A DNA stretch of 64,000 nt from Promethearchaeia archaeon (GCA_029856155.1 JAHQWL010000098.1:15921-79920); one strand, 5' to 3'. Counted from the stretch's first letter, positions 20,840 to 31,938 are shown. A program made the numbers and translations. The notes: generated by a model from the sequence alone, not told the origin.

Positions 20840-21640
20840 TTAATTTTTCATTTTAAAAGATGCTCTTAATTTTTTTATAATCTCATTAACTGAAGTGTCT
20901 TGTTCAGTTAATCGTAAGAATACATCCTCTAAACTTGCCCCTAATTTGTTAGCTTGCTGACGGAGTTGTTCCAAGGTTCCAATTCCCACTATTTTTCCTT
21001 TATGTATGATACCTATTCGGTCACATAAATCTTGAGCAATCTCCATTATATGTGTTGAAAAAAGAACTGAACCACCACTCTCTGTATGGAGATCTAATAT
21101 AGATTTAAAAACCCTTACAGATTTCGCATCAAGACCCGCAATTGGTTCGTCCAAAATAAGTAAATCGGGTTCATGGAGTATTGCGGCAATTATTTGTAGT
21201 TTTTGTTTATTACCGTGGGATAATGTAGCAATCAATTGTTCATAATAGTCAATTGCTTCCAGGCTCTCCATGTATTCTCTTGCAAGTTCTGTAGTCTTTG
21301 ATTCATCCAATCTACGGACAGATGCTATAAAATTAAATAAATCTTTTGGCGTTAATGATTTAAAAATTAATGGTTCCTCACTAACATACCCTATACGACG
21401 TTTAATTTCAACTTCATCACGTTCTGGGTTCATTCCAAAAACACTCATTTCACCTTCATTCGGTTCAAGGAGTCCTAATAGAAGCTTTATCGTAGTGGTT
21501 TTTCCTGCTCCGTTAGGACCTAAAAGGCCAAAAACCTCACCCTTTTGAACATTAAAAGAAATACCATCAACCGCTTTAACTTCTCCAAAATATTTCTTTA
21601 AATCTTTAACAACAATTATTTCATGATTAGACATTTTCAT
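20840..21640 (-). CDS. ABC transporter ATP-binding protein
   Basis: GPNGAGKTT, LSHGNKQK, ILDEP, STH. Confidence 0.92.
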   Translation of the reverse strand: MKMSNHEIIVVKDLKKYFGEVKAVDGISFNVQKGEVFGLLGPNGAGKTTTIKLLLGLLEPNEGEMSVFGMNPERDEVEIKRRIGYVSEEPLIFKSLTPKDLFNFIASVRRLDESKTTELAREYMESLEAIDYYEQLIATLSHGNKQKLQIIAAILHEPDLLILDEPIAGLDAKSVRVFKSILDLHTESGGSVLFSTHIMEIAQDLCDRIGIIHKGKIVGIGTLEQLRQQANKLGASLEDVFLRLTEQDTSVNEIIKKLRASFKMKN

Positions 21641-22028
21641 TCATTTAAATTGATTCTTTAAAATAAATTTTTTTAAAAAAGACTATATATTTCCTTATAT
21701 ATTTACATATAATATTATATTTAAATATTGATAATAAGCATATAATTAGTGCTTTCGATGAAATGAACTTATTTTTATAATATATATAGATATATATATC
21801 AATATCACATTTAATGTAATATTATCGCTTAAAATAATTTTTTACATCTGTTTTATTACGTGGAGGATTTCCTATTAAGATAAATTTTAATGTCCTTCAC
21901 TTAAACGAATTGGCCAAAATACTATTGAAATTTTCGAAATTTTTCTATTTTCTTTTAATTTTTCTATTATTAATAGCTAAACACTCAATTAACGCCATTG
22001 CCAATAAACATTAAAATAATTTCTATGA

Positions 22029-23573
22029 TTAACGGAAGATCGGTGGTAGAAGCTGTAGATAGTCCTTATCCATTATTGCACTGGCACAAATAAACCCAGA
22101 ATGGGTAGCAGCTTCAATTCCTCCTTCATTAGTGCGTGTCCCATAAGTATCTCCGGCAAAATATAGTCCCTTGATAGTTGGACATTTTATATCCACCCAC
22201 TCGTCCTCTGGGTGCCTCCACAATATACAAGTATCTCCAACGGTGAATAACATAAATTCCAGAGCCTCTCTCCAGCCTGAGAATGCAGTATCCAAAAATT
22301 TCAACATTCTATCTATCACAATATTCACTTTTTTCTTATCATGTGCCTCACTATCTAAAATACTGCTAGCCATTCCCGCCAGATACTTCCCTTCAGGAGC
22401 GGTTGTAGGTGCAATATTAGACATACTTACTATATCAAGAGGAACATTACCTCTGAACAATCCTTCCTTCTCTGGGATCAACATGGAAGTATGGTAAAAA
22501 GTCCTAGGGTCAACCTCGAGTTCACAAAAAGTATTCAACGGTTTAGATAAACCTATTTGCGCAGCAACCATGGCGGTATGAATTACTTTTTTAGTTAATT
22601 TGACAAAATCTGTAGGTAATAAATCCTCAGGTAAGAGTTTTAGCAATACTCGTGGCGGAGTAGTACAAACAATCAATGGAGCCTTTATTTCTACTATTTT
22701 ACCATCAATCTTAGCTATAACGCCGATAGCTCTTCCATTTTGGACGATAATTTCATTGACTTGAGCATTAGTAACAATATCACCTTGAGCATCTCTGACG
22801 ACACTTGCAAAACCCTCAACAATAAAACGATGCCCTGGTGCCCCCGCAAACGCCCAAGAACCGTCTGTTATATGTACTCCCATTTTTTGAACCTGTAAAA
22901 ATACCTTTAAATTCTCTCCAGCGGAGTTCAGAGCTGGATCGTTGATGATCGTCTGGAAGGTCCCCATAGCATAATGGAATTCTTGTGCGAGTTCATTTTT
23001 AGTTATACCGTTTATGTAATCTTTCAATGTTACGTGGTCCAATTTCTCAGCTTCAGCTATTGAGTGAACTTGGAGCTTTCTTTTATGGATATTCACCATC
23101 TCAGCGTAATCTTCATCGCTCATCCAACCATACTTGGATCTTCTGTCTATTATATGAGGTTTCCAATCATGATCATACCATACGAAACCTACATTAGGAT
23201 AGAAAATCGAAGCTTTGTTAAATAGGGCTAAGGCGTGGCTAACCCGTCCTCGATTAGTATACCAAGCACCCCTACCCCCCGATTCAAACACATAACCATT
23301 AAGCATCTTGTTCTTTATGAGTGTGTGGAGATCAGGTTCTGTCCTATCGACAACCCAAGAGTGAGCGGATTGCATTAAGGTTTTACGAAATTTATCTGCA
23401 TCCTTAATACTTTCCCCTCGGAAAGATGTAGCACGTCCCCCTATCTGTGAAGATCCCTCAAGGATGAGAACCTTCTTGTGTTCCATATTGGATAAAATTG
23501 CACCAACAACTGATCCGGCTATACCACATCCTATGATTATGACATCATAATCATTCGAAATTTTTTTAGACAT
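22029..23573 (-). CDS. FAD-dependent oxidoreductase (phytoene desaturase-like superfamily)
   Basis: DVIIIGCGIAG, E-x4-IGGR, GLYFAGD; start set at MSKKIS after AGAGG. Confidence 0.8.
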   Translation of the reverse strand: MSKKISNDYDVIIIGCGIAGSVVGAILSNMEHKKVLILEGSSQIGGRATSFRGESIKDADKFRKTLMQSAHSWVVDRTEPDLHTLIKNKMLNGYVFESGGRGAWYTNRGRVSHALALFNKASIFYPNVGFVWYDHDWKPHIIDRRSKYGWMSDEDYAEMVNIHKRKLQVHSIAEAEKLDHVTLKDYINGITKNELAQEFHYAMGTFQTIINDPALNSAGENLKVFLQVQKMGVHITDGSWAFAGAPGHRFIVEGFASVVRDAQGDIVTNAQVNEIIVQNGRAIGVIAKIDGKIVEIKAPLIVCTTPPRVLLKLLPEDLLPTDFVKLTKKVIHTAMVAAQIGLSKPLNTFCELEVDPRTFYHTSMLIPEKEGLFRGNVPLDIVSMSNIAPTTAPEGKYLAGMASSILDSEAHDKKKVNIVIDRMLKFLDTAFSGWREALEFMLFTVGDTCILWRHPEDEWVDIKCPTIKGLYFAGDTYGTRTNEGGIEAATHSGFICASAIMDKDYLQLLPPIFR

Positions 23574-23703
23574 TTTATCTCCTCTTTTTTTATAATTATT
23601 ATTACTTACTGCCAAATAAATACTTATCTTTGCATAGTACATTCGAACTCCAAGAATTTGAGCATTATTTTAAGAAATTAACAAACTATATTAATGAGTT
23701 TTT

Positions 23704-24657
23704 TTAATTTCTTTTCTGATTAACAATAATTATAATTGAGATTATTATAAGAATTGTACCGAGTAAATGTGCCAATGTGAAGTTTTCTCCAAGAAGAATT
23801 GTTGCAAATATAGCTGAAGATATTGGAGTTGGTGCAAAAATTGTAGTTGCTTTTGATATGTCTAAATATGATAGTGTTTTATACCAACATATTAATCCTG
23901 CCCCGTAAACAGCCCCCATCAAAAAAAAGAATGATAAATTATCCGGATCAAAAAAAATTTTAAAATCTGGAGTAAAAATAATTAGATATGTTAAAATTAG
24001 AATTACACCAGAAATAATATTTCTTATAAAAACCATTTGTATTGGTGTTGCTTCTTCCCTATTAAATAAAGGTTTTGTTAATGTATGACCAAAAATCCAC
24101 ATGAACGAAATTAAAAGGATAATTCCTACTCCAATTAAAATTTCATGATTGATTTCGACTAAAGTAAAGAATTGAGTAATACCAATCGCTAATCCAAGAA
24201 ACAATAAAACGGAAAATATAATCTGTAGTTTTGTAATTTTTTCTTTTAAGATAATATAACCTAAAATTAAAGAAAAAAAGACTGTGGTTTTCTGCGTTAA
24301 GGATCCATTTATTGCTCCTGCTAAATCATATCCAACAAAAAACAATACTTGATTTACAGCAAAGAGCAAACCAATACCCATTAATAAAAAAAAATTCTTT
24401 TTCCAACCTTTAAAAAGATGGGCACTAATAGCCTTTTTCCCTAGATTATTTACATTTTCGTGCTTTGAATGCGTTACTTTTATTTCAATTAACATAATGG
24501 GAAAGAAAATTAGAGTTTCGACCAAACAAGTCATTGCTCCTGAGAGATATGCATCAACAGCAGCTGGTCTTAAAAGAGCTACTATCGGTTGTAATCCTAC
24601 AAAAATGATTCCTACAAAACCAGTTATTAATCCTTTTTTAATATTCTTATCCGTCAA
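23704..24657 (-). CDS. DMT/EamA-family transporter
   Basis: ~10 TM; ILKEKIT and ILLGENFT repeat ends. Confidence 0.85.
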   Translation of the reverse strand: MTDKNIKKGLITGFVGIIFVGLQPIVALLRPAAVDAYLSGAMTCLVETLIFFPIMLIEIKVTHSKHENVNNLGKKAISAHLFKGWKKNFFLLMGIGLLFAVNQVLFFVGYDLAGAINGSLTQKTTVFFSLILGYIILKEKITKLQIIFSVLLFLGLAIGITQFFTLVEINHEILIGVGIILLISFMWIFGHTLTKPLFNREEATPIQMVFIRNIISGVILILTYLIIFTPDFKIFFDPDNLSFFFLMGAVYGAGLICWYKTLSYLDISKATTIFAPTPISSAIFATILLGENFTLAHLLGTILIIISIIIIVNQKRN

Positions 24658-24894
24658 AATATTGATTTAACCAATTAATAATTTATTTATTGCAAGTTTA
24701 ACATACAATTAGTATTTTTTCTTATGTTTATTTCGAAATCGTTTTAATTTTCTTAAAATGGGATAATTTAAATGTAAAAATCAGGCTTTAGATGTTTTTT
24801 ATTATTCAATATAGTTCTAATTTTATTAAGTAAAATTTAATTGATTAGGAAAATTAAAAAAAAGAACTTTTTAAATAAGTGGATGTGAATAATC

Positions 24895-25710
24895 ATTACT
24901 AGTAATTTTGCGATACAAACCAAAAACCTTACGAAAAAATTCGGTAATATCGTAGCTGTAAATAATCTGAATTTAAAAATTCCTTATGGCAAAACATATG
25001 GTCTTTTAGGTCCTAATGGAGCTGGTAAGACTACTACAGTTAGAATGTTAAACGCTATAATTTCCCCTACCGAAGGAACTGCGCAAGTTGTAGGATATGA
25101 TATTATAACTCAAAGCAAACAAGTTAAGATAAACTGTGGTTTTTTACCAGAATCACCAGGACTATATCAAAAGTTAACAGCGAAAGAATTCCTGGAATTT
25201 GTAGGTGAGTTATATTATCTCCCAAAAGAAATTATCTCTACCCGTATTGAAGATTTATTGGGTATCTTTGATTTGGAAGGGCGTGAGAATGATCTTTTAG
25301 AAGGATACTCAAGAGGTATGAAGCAAAAAGTATGTCTATGTGCCGCGTTAATACAAGATCCCAAAATAATTTTTTTAGATGAACCAACTTCTAATCTAGA
25401 TCCAGCAGCAGCTAGAATGGTAAAAGATTTAATCTCCGATCTCGCTAAGAAAGCTGATAAAACTATATTCATTTGCACTCATCTCCTTGATGCCGCAGAA
25501 GAATTATGTGATTTAATTGGAATTATTGACAAAGGGGAATTAAAAGTTGAGGGAAGCCCAAAAGAAATTATTGACTCCGTAGGTGCAAAAGATTTAGAAG
25601 ATGCCTATTTGAAAATAATGGGTGTTTCTAAAATTGAAGATTTATTAGCTTGGAGAGAAGAAGTACCGGCTAATATCGAGAAAGATAAGAAAAAGAAAAA
25701 GAAAAAATAA
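24895..25710 (+). CDS. ABC transporter ATP-binding protein, probably with a non-canonical start
   Basis: Walker A GPNGAGKTT lies upstream of the first ATG (25045); in-frame TGA at 24886 is followed only by ATA/ATC/ATT; YSRGMKQK, FLDEP. Confidence 0.85.
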   Translation: MTSNFAIQTKNLTKKFGNIVAVNNLNLKIPYGKTYGLLGPNGAGKTTTVRMLNAIISPTEGTAQVVGYDIITQSKQVKINCGFLPESPGLYQKLTAKEFLEFVGELYYLPKEIISTRIEDLLGIFDLEGRENDLLEGYSRGMKQKVCLCAALIQDPKIIFLDEPTSNLDPAAARMVKDLISDLAKKADKTIFICTHLLDAAEELCDLIGIIDKGELKVEGSPKEIIDSVGAKDLEDAYLKIMGVSKIEDLLAWREEVPANIEKDKKKKKKK

Positions 25711-25723
25711 TAACTGGATAAGA

Positions 25724-27319
25724 ATGGCTCTTTGGAAAATAATTGCTAAAAACGAAATAAAGCTCAGAACTAATAAATTTCGAAATCATCGGGTATTTTT
25801 TTTCATTATATTGTACTCATTTTTCATATTTTGGGCTTTCTTCTTAGCTCCAATGCTTTTTGACTTATTTATGCCTACATTGGCAGAAATTATTCCAGAT
25901 ATTAATTTAGCAGTCGCGTTAATTATTGAATATGTATTGATGGCTTTTTTTTTATCTGTTTTCATATATCCTTTAAACAGTATTTATAGGAAAATTGAAA
26001 TTGGGTTCAAGGAAATAATACTAGCATCACCAGCAACACCAGGTGATATTTTCTTAGGTGAAATCATAGGAAAATTACCAATTTATTTAGGGGGTGTTTT
26101 GCTTTTTACTCCAATAATAACAGGAATGCTCAACCCTATTATTAATTTGAGTCTAATTCAAAATATAATTATCTATGTTTGTGTTTTTGGATTAGTTTTA
26201 TTTGCAACTTTATTAGGCTCCATTATTGCCGCATGGTTAGAGCATAAAATAGCTAAAAGTGATCGAGCAAAAGATTTGGGAAAAATACTGTTATTTCTCC
26301 TCTCTATTGCAATGGTTGCGATAGTGTATACTCTACAATTTTTATTTGAATATCTTATATCAAATCCTGAATTAAGGAATTGGGTAATGTTCTATCCTTC
26401 TTTATGGTTTTCTAATATTATTTTATATTTTATTGACCCAAGCTTGATAAGTAGATATATTTTAAACATATGGTTTAGTGTAGCACTAGTCATAATTATT
26501 CCACTGATAATTTTCTTAGTTGCTTATAAAAAAGCAGAAACTTTTTTTAGTGTGGAAGGAGGTATAGAAAAAATATCCACTGTGATAGAGCGAGAAAATG
26601 TTTTTTACAAATTAACTAGGAAATTATCGGGGCATAAATGGGAAGGATTAATTATAACTCAACTAAAGGAGTTTTTAAGAAGACGAGAAAGTATAATGAA
26701 GTTTGTATACTTAATAGGAATAGTGGGTGTTTTAGGAGTACTTTTCTCAACCTTAGGTTTGGATTATTTAATTGGTCAATCAATATTAATTGCTATGATT
26801 ATCATTATAGGTGGAATAATGTACGGGCTAATGTTTGGAAGTTATATATTTGTTGGAAGTAAAGACTTAATTTGGGTATATAAAAGATCTCCTCGTAATA
26901 TACATGCTTTGGTGTTTTCTTATCTTTTAGCAATGTTAATCTTTAATATATTAATAGCATTAGGTCTTACAATTTACTTTGCTTTCCTTCTCAAATTTGA
27001 TCTTTTTAATTTTATATTTTTCTTTAGTTTCTATTTAATTAATAGTGAAGTAGTTATTTCTCAAGCAGTTGGAATCCAATGCTTAAGCCCTGCTTTTGAG
27101 GAAAAAGGTAGTTCGATGACAGCAAATAATCTTTTTTTAATGGTTCTTCAATTGATACCTTACCAATTCGTACTCATGTTTATTATACTTGCTTTTGATG
27201 TGCCCACTTCTCCAATTTTAGCCAGATTCCACTATCTTATGCCTTTATTATTGATTTCTATTGCAAGTGCAATTCCCCTTTTAATTTTCGGATTAAGAAA
27301 GTTAAGTAAAATAGAGTAA
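25724..27319 (+). CDS. ABC exporter permease-like membrane protein
   Basis: ~13 TM segments, directly downstream of the ATPase. Confidence 0.7.
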   Translation: MALWKIIAKNEIKLRTNKFRNHRVFFFIILYSFFIFWAFFLAPMLFDLFMPTLAEIIPDINLAVALIIEYVLMAFFLSVFIYPLNSIYRKIEIGFKEIILASPATPGDIFLGEIIGKLPIYLGGVLLFTPIITGMLNPIINLSLIQNIIIYVCVFGLVLFATLLGSIIAAWLEHKIAKSDRAKDLGKILLFLLSIAMVAIVYTLQFLFEYLISNPELRNWVMFYPSLWFSNIILYFIDPSLISRYILNIWFSVALVIIIPLIIFLVAYKKAETFFSVEGGIEKISTVIERENVFYKLTRKLSGHKWEGLIITQLKEFLRRRESIMKFVYLIGIVGVLGVLFSTLGLDYLIGQSILIAMIIIIGGIMYGLMFGSYIFVGSKDLIWVYKRSPRNIHALVFSYLLAMLIFNILIALGLTIYFAFLLKFDLFNFIFFFSFYLINSEVVISQAVGIQCLSPAFEEKGSSMTANNLFLMVLQLIPYQFVLMFIILAFDVPTSPILARFHYLMPLLLISIASAIPLLIFGLRKLSKIE

Positions 27320-27330
27320 AAAAAATTTTT

Positions 27331-28755
27331 TTATAAATTTTTAAGTGCAATTTTTTCTAATTCCCTATTTAAATGTTCATCAATAGGAACTATGGAGGCT
27401 TTATCTAATAATTTAGAAGCTTGGTCTTTAGCCCTTCTTCTAACAGATTTAGAACCGTTCTGTTTCCAAGCATCACGCGTCATTCTATCTATTATTGGGC
27501 TTGGAAAGTATAATTCTTTTTTAAAATATTTCAGGGTTGATGGATGGGATAAAAGTTCTTCTTTATCTGCATAATCTTTTAGAATTTCTGAAGCAAAGGG
27601 AGATCCATGATCTTCAATACCTTGAATTAATCTTTTTACCATTCCTACTATTTCATTATCAATAATTAATTTCTCAATACTTTGGGTTGATTCAAAATCA
27701 AGCATTCCAGGACCAGAGATCATGTTAATCCCTGCTAATCCTGCTAATAGAGCTCCCATGCCAGCTTCAAAACCTGCTTGACCATCGGGTACTTTCGAAT
27801 CACTTAAGCCCATATAAGCGTGTGTGGGTAATTTTAAGTATTTACCCATTTCAACATCTCCAAGATTTATCATCATCGTTTCTATTGCACCCATTGGCGT
27901 TGTTGCTGTCTTAACATCTAAGACAGCGGGAGAGCCCCCCCAAATTAACGGAGCCTCTCGTTTGGTTAACTGAACTATTACAACCCCTGCAAGACATTCC
28001 GCACAGTGTTGAGTAATCGATCCGATCAAGGTGATTGGGGCACTAGCTCCAGCTAATGGCATTGAAACGAATTCAGAGGGGATCATACTTTTCGCTGCAT
28101 CAATTAATGATTGTGTAGTTAGATCTGACCATTTAAGAGGGGGACTTGGACATGCATCAAATATTGCTAGTGGTTTTCTCGCTAAATCGTCTTCCGATGA
28201 TCTACACGCCAGTAGAATTTCTCGCATGATCGAGAAACTTTCTTTTCGGAATGTTCCAGTAATGACAGGTTTATAACAATTAGATAACGCGAGATATAAT
28301 CTGTGCCAATCTTGAGCTTCTTTTGGTACATCGTTATAAATTAATGCTGTACTTTGAGCATCGATATATTTCAATTGCTCAACTACTTTTGAAAATCTAA
28401 TGAAATCTTTTGATATAGCTTCTCTAATATCCCCGGTTTCCTCATCAAGTATGAAAATTGCAGCAGATCCGGGATCAAAATTAACATTATCTTCCTTCAA
28501 GGTAATATGTTCATTACCCTCTCGATCATAAAGAGTAATTTCACTGGGTACAGTTTCTAAACATGTATTAATTAAATCTGGTGGGAGAAAATATCGTGAA
28601 CCCTCATGATTTATACCATTTTGATTAAATAATTCAATTGCTTCCTGATTCTCTATAAATACTCCTTGGGTTTCGAGAATCATTTTAGCTTCTTCCAAAA
28701 TCATTTGTTTATGTTCTTCATCTAATATTTTTATCTTTGGTCTTAAAATTGGCAT
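27331..28755 (-). CDS. MttB-superfamily methyltransferase, non-pyrrolysine
   Basis: P-x-AGASAP-x-TL-x-G, MG-L-SDSKVPD-x-QAG-x-E (Leu at the Pyl-equivalent site), GPGML. Confidence 0.88.
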   Translation of the reverse strand: MPILRPKIKILDEEHKQMILEEAKMILETQGVFIENQEAIELFNQNGINHEGSRYFLPPDLINTCLETVPSEITLYDREGNEHITLKEDNVNFDPGSAAIFILDEETGDIREAISKDFIRFSKVVEQLKYIDAQSTALIYNDVPKEAQDWHRLYLALSNCYKPVITGTFRKESFSIMREILLACRSSEDDLARKPLAIFDACPSPPLKWSDLTTQSLIDAAKSMIPSEFVSMPLAGASAPITLIGSITQHCAECLAGVVIVQLTKREAPLIWGGSPAVLDVKTATTPMGAIETMMINLGDVEMGKYLKLPTHAYMGLSDSKVPDGQAGFEAGMGALLAGLAGINMISGPGMLDFESTQSIEKLIIDNEIVGMVKRLIQGIEDHGSPFASEILKDYADKEELLSHPSTLKYFKKELYFPSPIIDRMTRDAWKQNGSKSVRRRAKDQASKLLDKASIVPIDEHLNRELEKIALKNL

Positions 28756-28783
28756 TTATTTTTACTCCTGATCTTATTTGTTA

Positions 28784-29662
28784 TTAGAGTGAATTAATAA
28801 TTTTGCGGATTTCCTTAATTGTTTTTGGAGATGTACCACAACAACCCCCTACAATTTTAGCTCCAAATTCGATCATTTCACGAATGTCATTAGCAAAATC
28901 TTCTACGGGTTGTTCATAATAAGTTTTACCACTTTTAACAACGGGCTGACCCGCATTAGGTTTTATAGATAGAGGTTTATTAGTAAAATTTTTAGCTGTC
29001 TTTAGTAATTCAAGCATATCCTTAGATCCCAACGTACAATTTGCTCCAATTACATCAACGTTTTCATTATTCAATGCTTCTATACATTTTTCTAATGAAT
29101 CTCCCATAATAGTAAAAAAACCCCTTTTAGTCATTTTATAAGTGATTGATGCAATTAACGGTTTTTCAGAAACATCTCGTACTGCTTTTATTGCTGCTAA
29201 CATTTCTTCAAGATCTGAAATTGTCTCAATATGCCAAAGATCAACCCCTTTTTCTAACAATTTTGCTTGGATCGAAAAACTAGAGTACCATTGATCCCTA
29301 GAGGCATTTCCTACTGGTGGTCTAAATTCGCCCGTTGGGCCAATATCTCCTACAATTAAGCCTCCAAGAGGACGAACTATTTTGATATTTTCTAAAGCAT
29401 TATCGATAATCTCTTCAATTCGATTTTCAAGATTGTGATGAGATAAGTTCAAAGGAGTTGAACCAAAAGTATTGGTCTGACACATATCTGAACCTGCATT
29501 ATAATATGATTGATGGATTTCAGAGATTACATCTGGCTGTTCAATATTTAAAATATCTGGAATTTTTCCGGATTCTAATCCTCTTTTGATAAGTTCACTC
29601 CCAAATCCACCATCAAAAAGCACGATCTTAGAATCATCCTTTAACCAATCATGGAATGTCAT
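28784..29662 (-). CDS. homocysteine S-methyltransferase domain (stand-alone MetH N-terminal domain)
   Basis: DGGFGSEL, TNTFG, GANC, PNAG-x-P, GGCCGT. Confidence 0.9.
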   Translation of the reverse strand: MTFHDWLKDDSKIVLFDGGFGSELIKRGLESGKIPDILNIEQPDVISEIHQSYYNAGSDMCQTNTFGSTPLNLSHHNLENRIEEIIDNALENIKIVRPLGGLIVGDIGPTGEFRPPVGNASRDQWYSSFSIQAKLLEKGVDLWHIETISDLEEMLAAIKAVRDVSEKPLIASITYKMTKRGFFTIMGDSLEKCIEALNNENVDVIGANCTLGSKDMLELLKTAKNFTNKPLSIKPNAGQPVVKSGKTYYEQPVEDFANDIREMIEFGAKIVGGCCGTSPKTIKEIRKIINSL

Positions 29663-29691
29663 TTTATCATCCTCTATGAATAAAATAATTT

Positions 29692-30339
29692 TTATTTATC
29701 TAAAAGAGATTTAACTAATCTGACAGCATCAATAGCATTTTCAGCAAAACCATCAGCACTGCATTCTTCTACCCAAGAATTTGTTACAGCAGCGCCACCT
29801 AGAATTACTTTGAATTTGTTAGCTAGATTTTTTTCTCTTAAGAGTTCAATAACTTTTTTCTGACCAGTCATAGTGGTTGTTAATAGAGCAGAAACTCCAA
29901 TGATATCTGCTTTTTTTTCAATAGCTTCTTCTATAATTTTTTCAACAGGAACATCAGCTCCTAAATCGAAAACCTCATACCCGTAAGCTCTTAACATTGT
30001 CGCTACTATTGTTTTTCCAATTGAATGAATATCACCCTCGATGGTAGCTATTACAACAACCCCAAGGGATATTTTTTCAGATGCGTCATGAAGATAAGGA
30101 ATTATCAACTCCAAACAATTTTGCATTATTTGAGCACCTCGCATTAATTCCGGTAAGAAGAATTCACCTTCTTCCCATAACTCTCCAACTTTCCGAATTC
30201 CCGCTGCAAATCCCTTTTCAATGACTTCAAGCAATTTCATTTTTTCCCTAACGGCTTTATTTGCATATTCAATAGCTTTTTCTTCATCTAAATTTACTAT
30301 AGCATCTGATATATCATTATAAAAATTCTCTTTTGACAC
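29692..30339 (-). CDS. corrinoid methyl-accepting protein (MttC/MtbC-like)
   Basis: GDIHSIGK, SALLTTTM, GGA. Confidence 0.92.
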   Translation of the reverse strand: MSKENFYNDISDAIVNLDEEKAIEYANKAVREKMKLLEVIEKGFAAGIRKVGELWEEGEFFLPELMRGAQIMQNCLELIIPYLHDASEKISLGVVVIATIEGDIHSIGKTIVATMLRAYGYEVFDLGADVPVEKIIEEAIEKKADIIGVSALLTTTMTGQKKVIELLREKNLANKFKVILGGAAVTNSWVEECSADGFAENAIDAVRLVKSLLDK

Positions 30340-30489
30340 TTAAATCTCTCCAAAAAATTTGTTAAATCACAATTAAAATATTATTTATTTACATTTAATA
30401 AATTAGAAAAACCTTATTGTTGAATAGAAAAAAATATTTGCTAACTTTCTTTTTAAAATTTAGTTTATAATTAATAAAATTCAAGTGAT

Positions 30490-31857
30490 TTGATGTCAAT
30501 GAAGTTTTCAAAAGAACCCATTAGAGGTATGGATGATTACTATCCTTCAGATTTACGTGAAGTTAATTGGATAATTGAAACTATAAGGGATATAACAGAA
30601 AGATATGGTTATGAAGAATATTTAACTCCACAAATAGAACCCGTTGAAATTTTTGCTGCAAAATCTTCTGATGAATTAGTTAATGAACAATCATTCATTG
30701 TTGAAAAAAAAGAAGGGGAAAGACTTATTTTAATCCCAGAACTTACTCCTTCTTTAGCTCGGATGGTTGCTAAAAAAAGTCAAGAATTAAAAAAACCTAT
30801 TCGGTGGTTTTCTGTTCCAACATGCTTTAGATATGAAAGACCCCAAAGAGGTCGACGTCGCGCTTTTTTTCAACCTAATGTAGATATATTAGGTGAGGAA
30901 AGTCTTTATGCTGATCTCGAAATATTTAACATAATTATAGATATATTCACTGAATTTGGAGCTACAGCAGAACAATTTCAAATTTATTATAATAGTCGAA
31001 GATTCATGGATTCAGTTAGTACTTTTATACTTGAAATAGATATAAACAAAATACCTTTAGTTTATAAGGCTTTAGATAAATCTGATAAGATGGATGAAGA
31101 AGAATTTGAAAAATACTTAATTGATACATTTCAGGATGAACTAATCATCCAAGGTATTTTTAAATTAAAAGATGCGAAAAGTGTTGATGAATTATTAAGA
31201 AAATTTGATAATATTCCTGAAGAATTTTATCAATCTGAAGGGTATCTCGAGATAACTAATTTCAACCGACTATTAAAGGAAGTTAATCTTTCTAATTATT
31301 GTACGTTTTCTTCTGGGACCGTGAGAGGCCTTGATTATTATACTGGAATTATTTATGAGGTTTTTGATACTGGAAAAGAAAATATAAGAAGTATTTTCGG
31401 AGGAGGCCGATATGATGATTTATTATCAATCTTTTCAGAAGAAAAAATAACTGGAACTGGATTTGGCATGGGAGTTTACACACTTTCTTTATTCTTGAAA
31501 ACCTATAGTTTAGTTCCAAATGATATCAAAGAAAAAGATTATAGTGATACAATCTATATAGCATCTATAAATGAAGATATGTCAACTTATGCTTTTGAGC
31601 TTGCTAGAATCATCCGAGATGAAGATTTTCCGTGCATAATAGATTATAGATTTAAAAATCTAAAAAATCAGCTGAAAAGAGCTAATGACTTGGGAGTTAT
31701 TATTGTATTAATCATTGGACCTGAAGAATTGACAGAAAGAACAATTACTATTAGGAACATGGTCTCTGAAGAACAAAAAACCGTTGATTTAGATGAATTG
31801 ATAAATGAAATTTACGATATCATAGATCAATTTGGCAATAACCAATTTGACCAATAA
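30490..31857 (+). CDS. hisS: histidine--tRNA ligase
   Basis: PELT, FRYERPQRGR, RGLDYYTG, GGGRYD, C-terminal anticodon-binding domain. Confidence 0.95.
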   Translation: MMSMKFSKEPIRGMDDYYPSDLREVNWIIETIRDITERYGYEEYLTPQIEPVEIFAAKSSDELVNEQSFIVEKKEGERLILIPELTPSLARMVAKKSQELKKPIRWFSVPTCFRYERPQRGRRRAFFQPNVDILGEESLYADLEIFNIIIDIFTEFGATAEQFQIYYNSRRFMDSVSTFILEIDINKIPLVYKALDKSDKMDEEEFEKYLIDTFQDELIIQGIFKLKDAKSVDELLRKFDNIPEEFYQSEGYLEITNFNRLLKEVNLSNYCTFSSGTVRGLDYYTGIIYEVFDTGKENIRSIFGGGRYDDLLSIFSEEKITGTGFGMGVYTLSLFLKTYSLVPNDIKEKDYSDTIYIASINEDMSTYAFELARIIRDEDFPCIIDYRFKNLKNQLKRANDLGVIIVLIIGPEELTERTITIRNMVSEEQKTVDLDELINEIYDIIDQFGNNQFDQ

Positions 31858-31938
31858 AAATTTTATTTTATAGGCTATTTAGATTATCCGACCAAAAAAA
31901 TTTCAAATTTAATTAACAATAAGGTTTTTAATTAAAAT

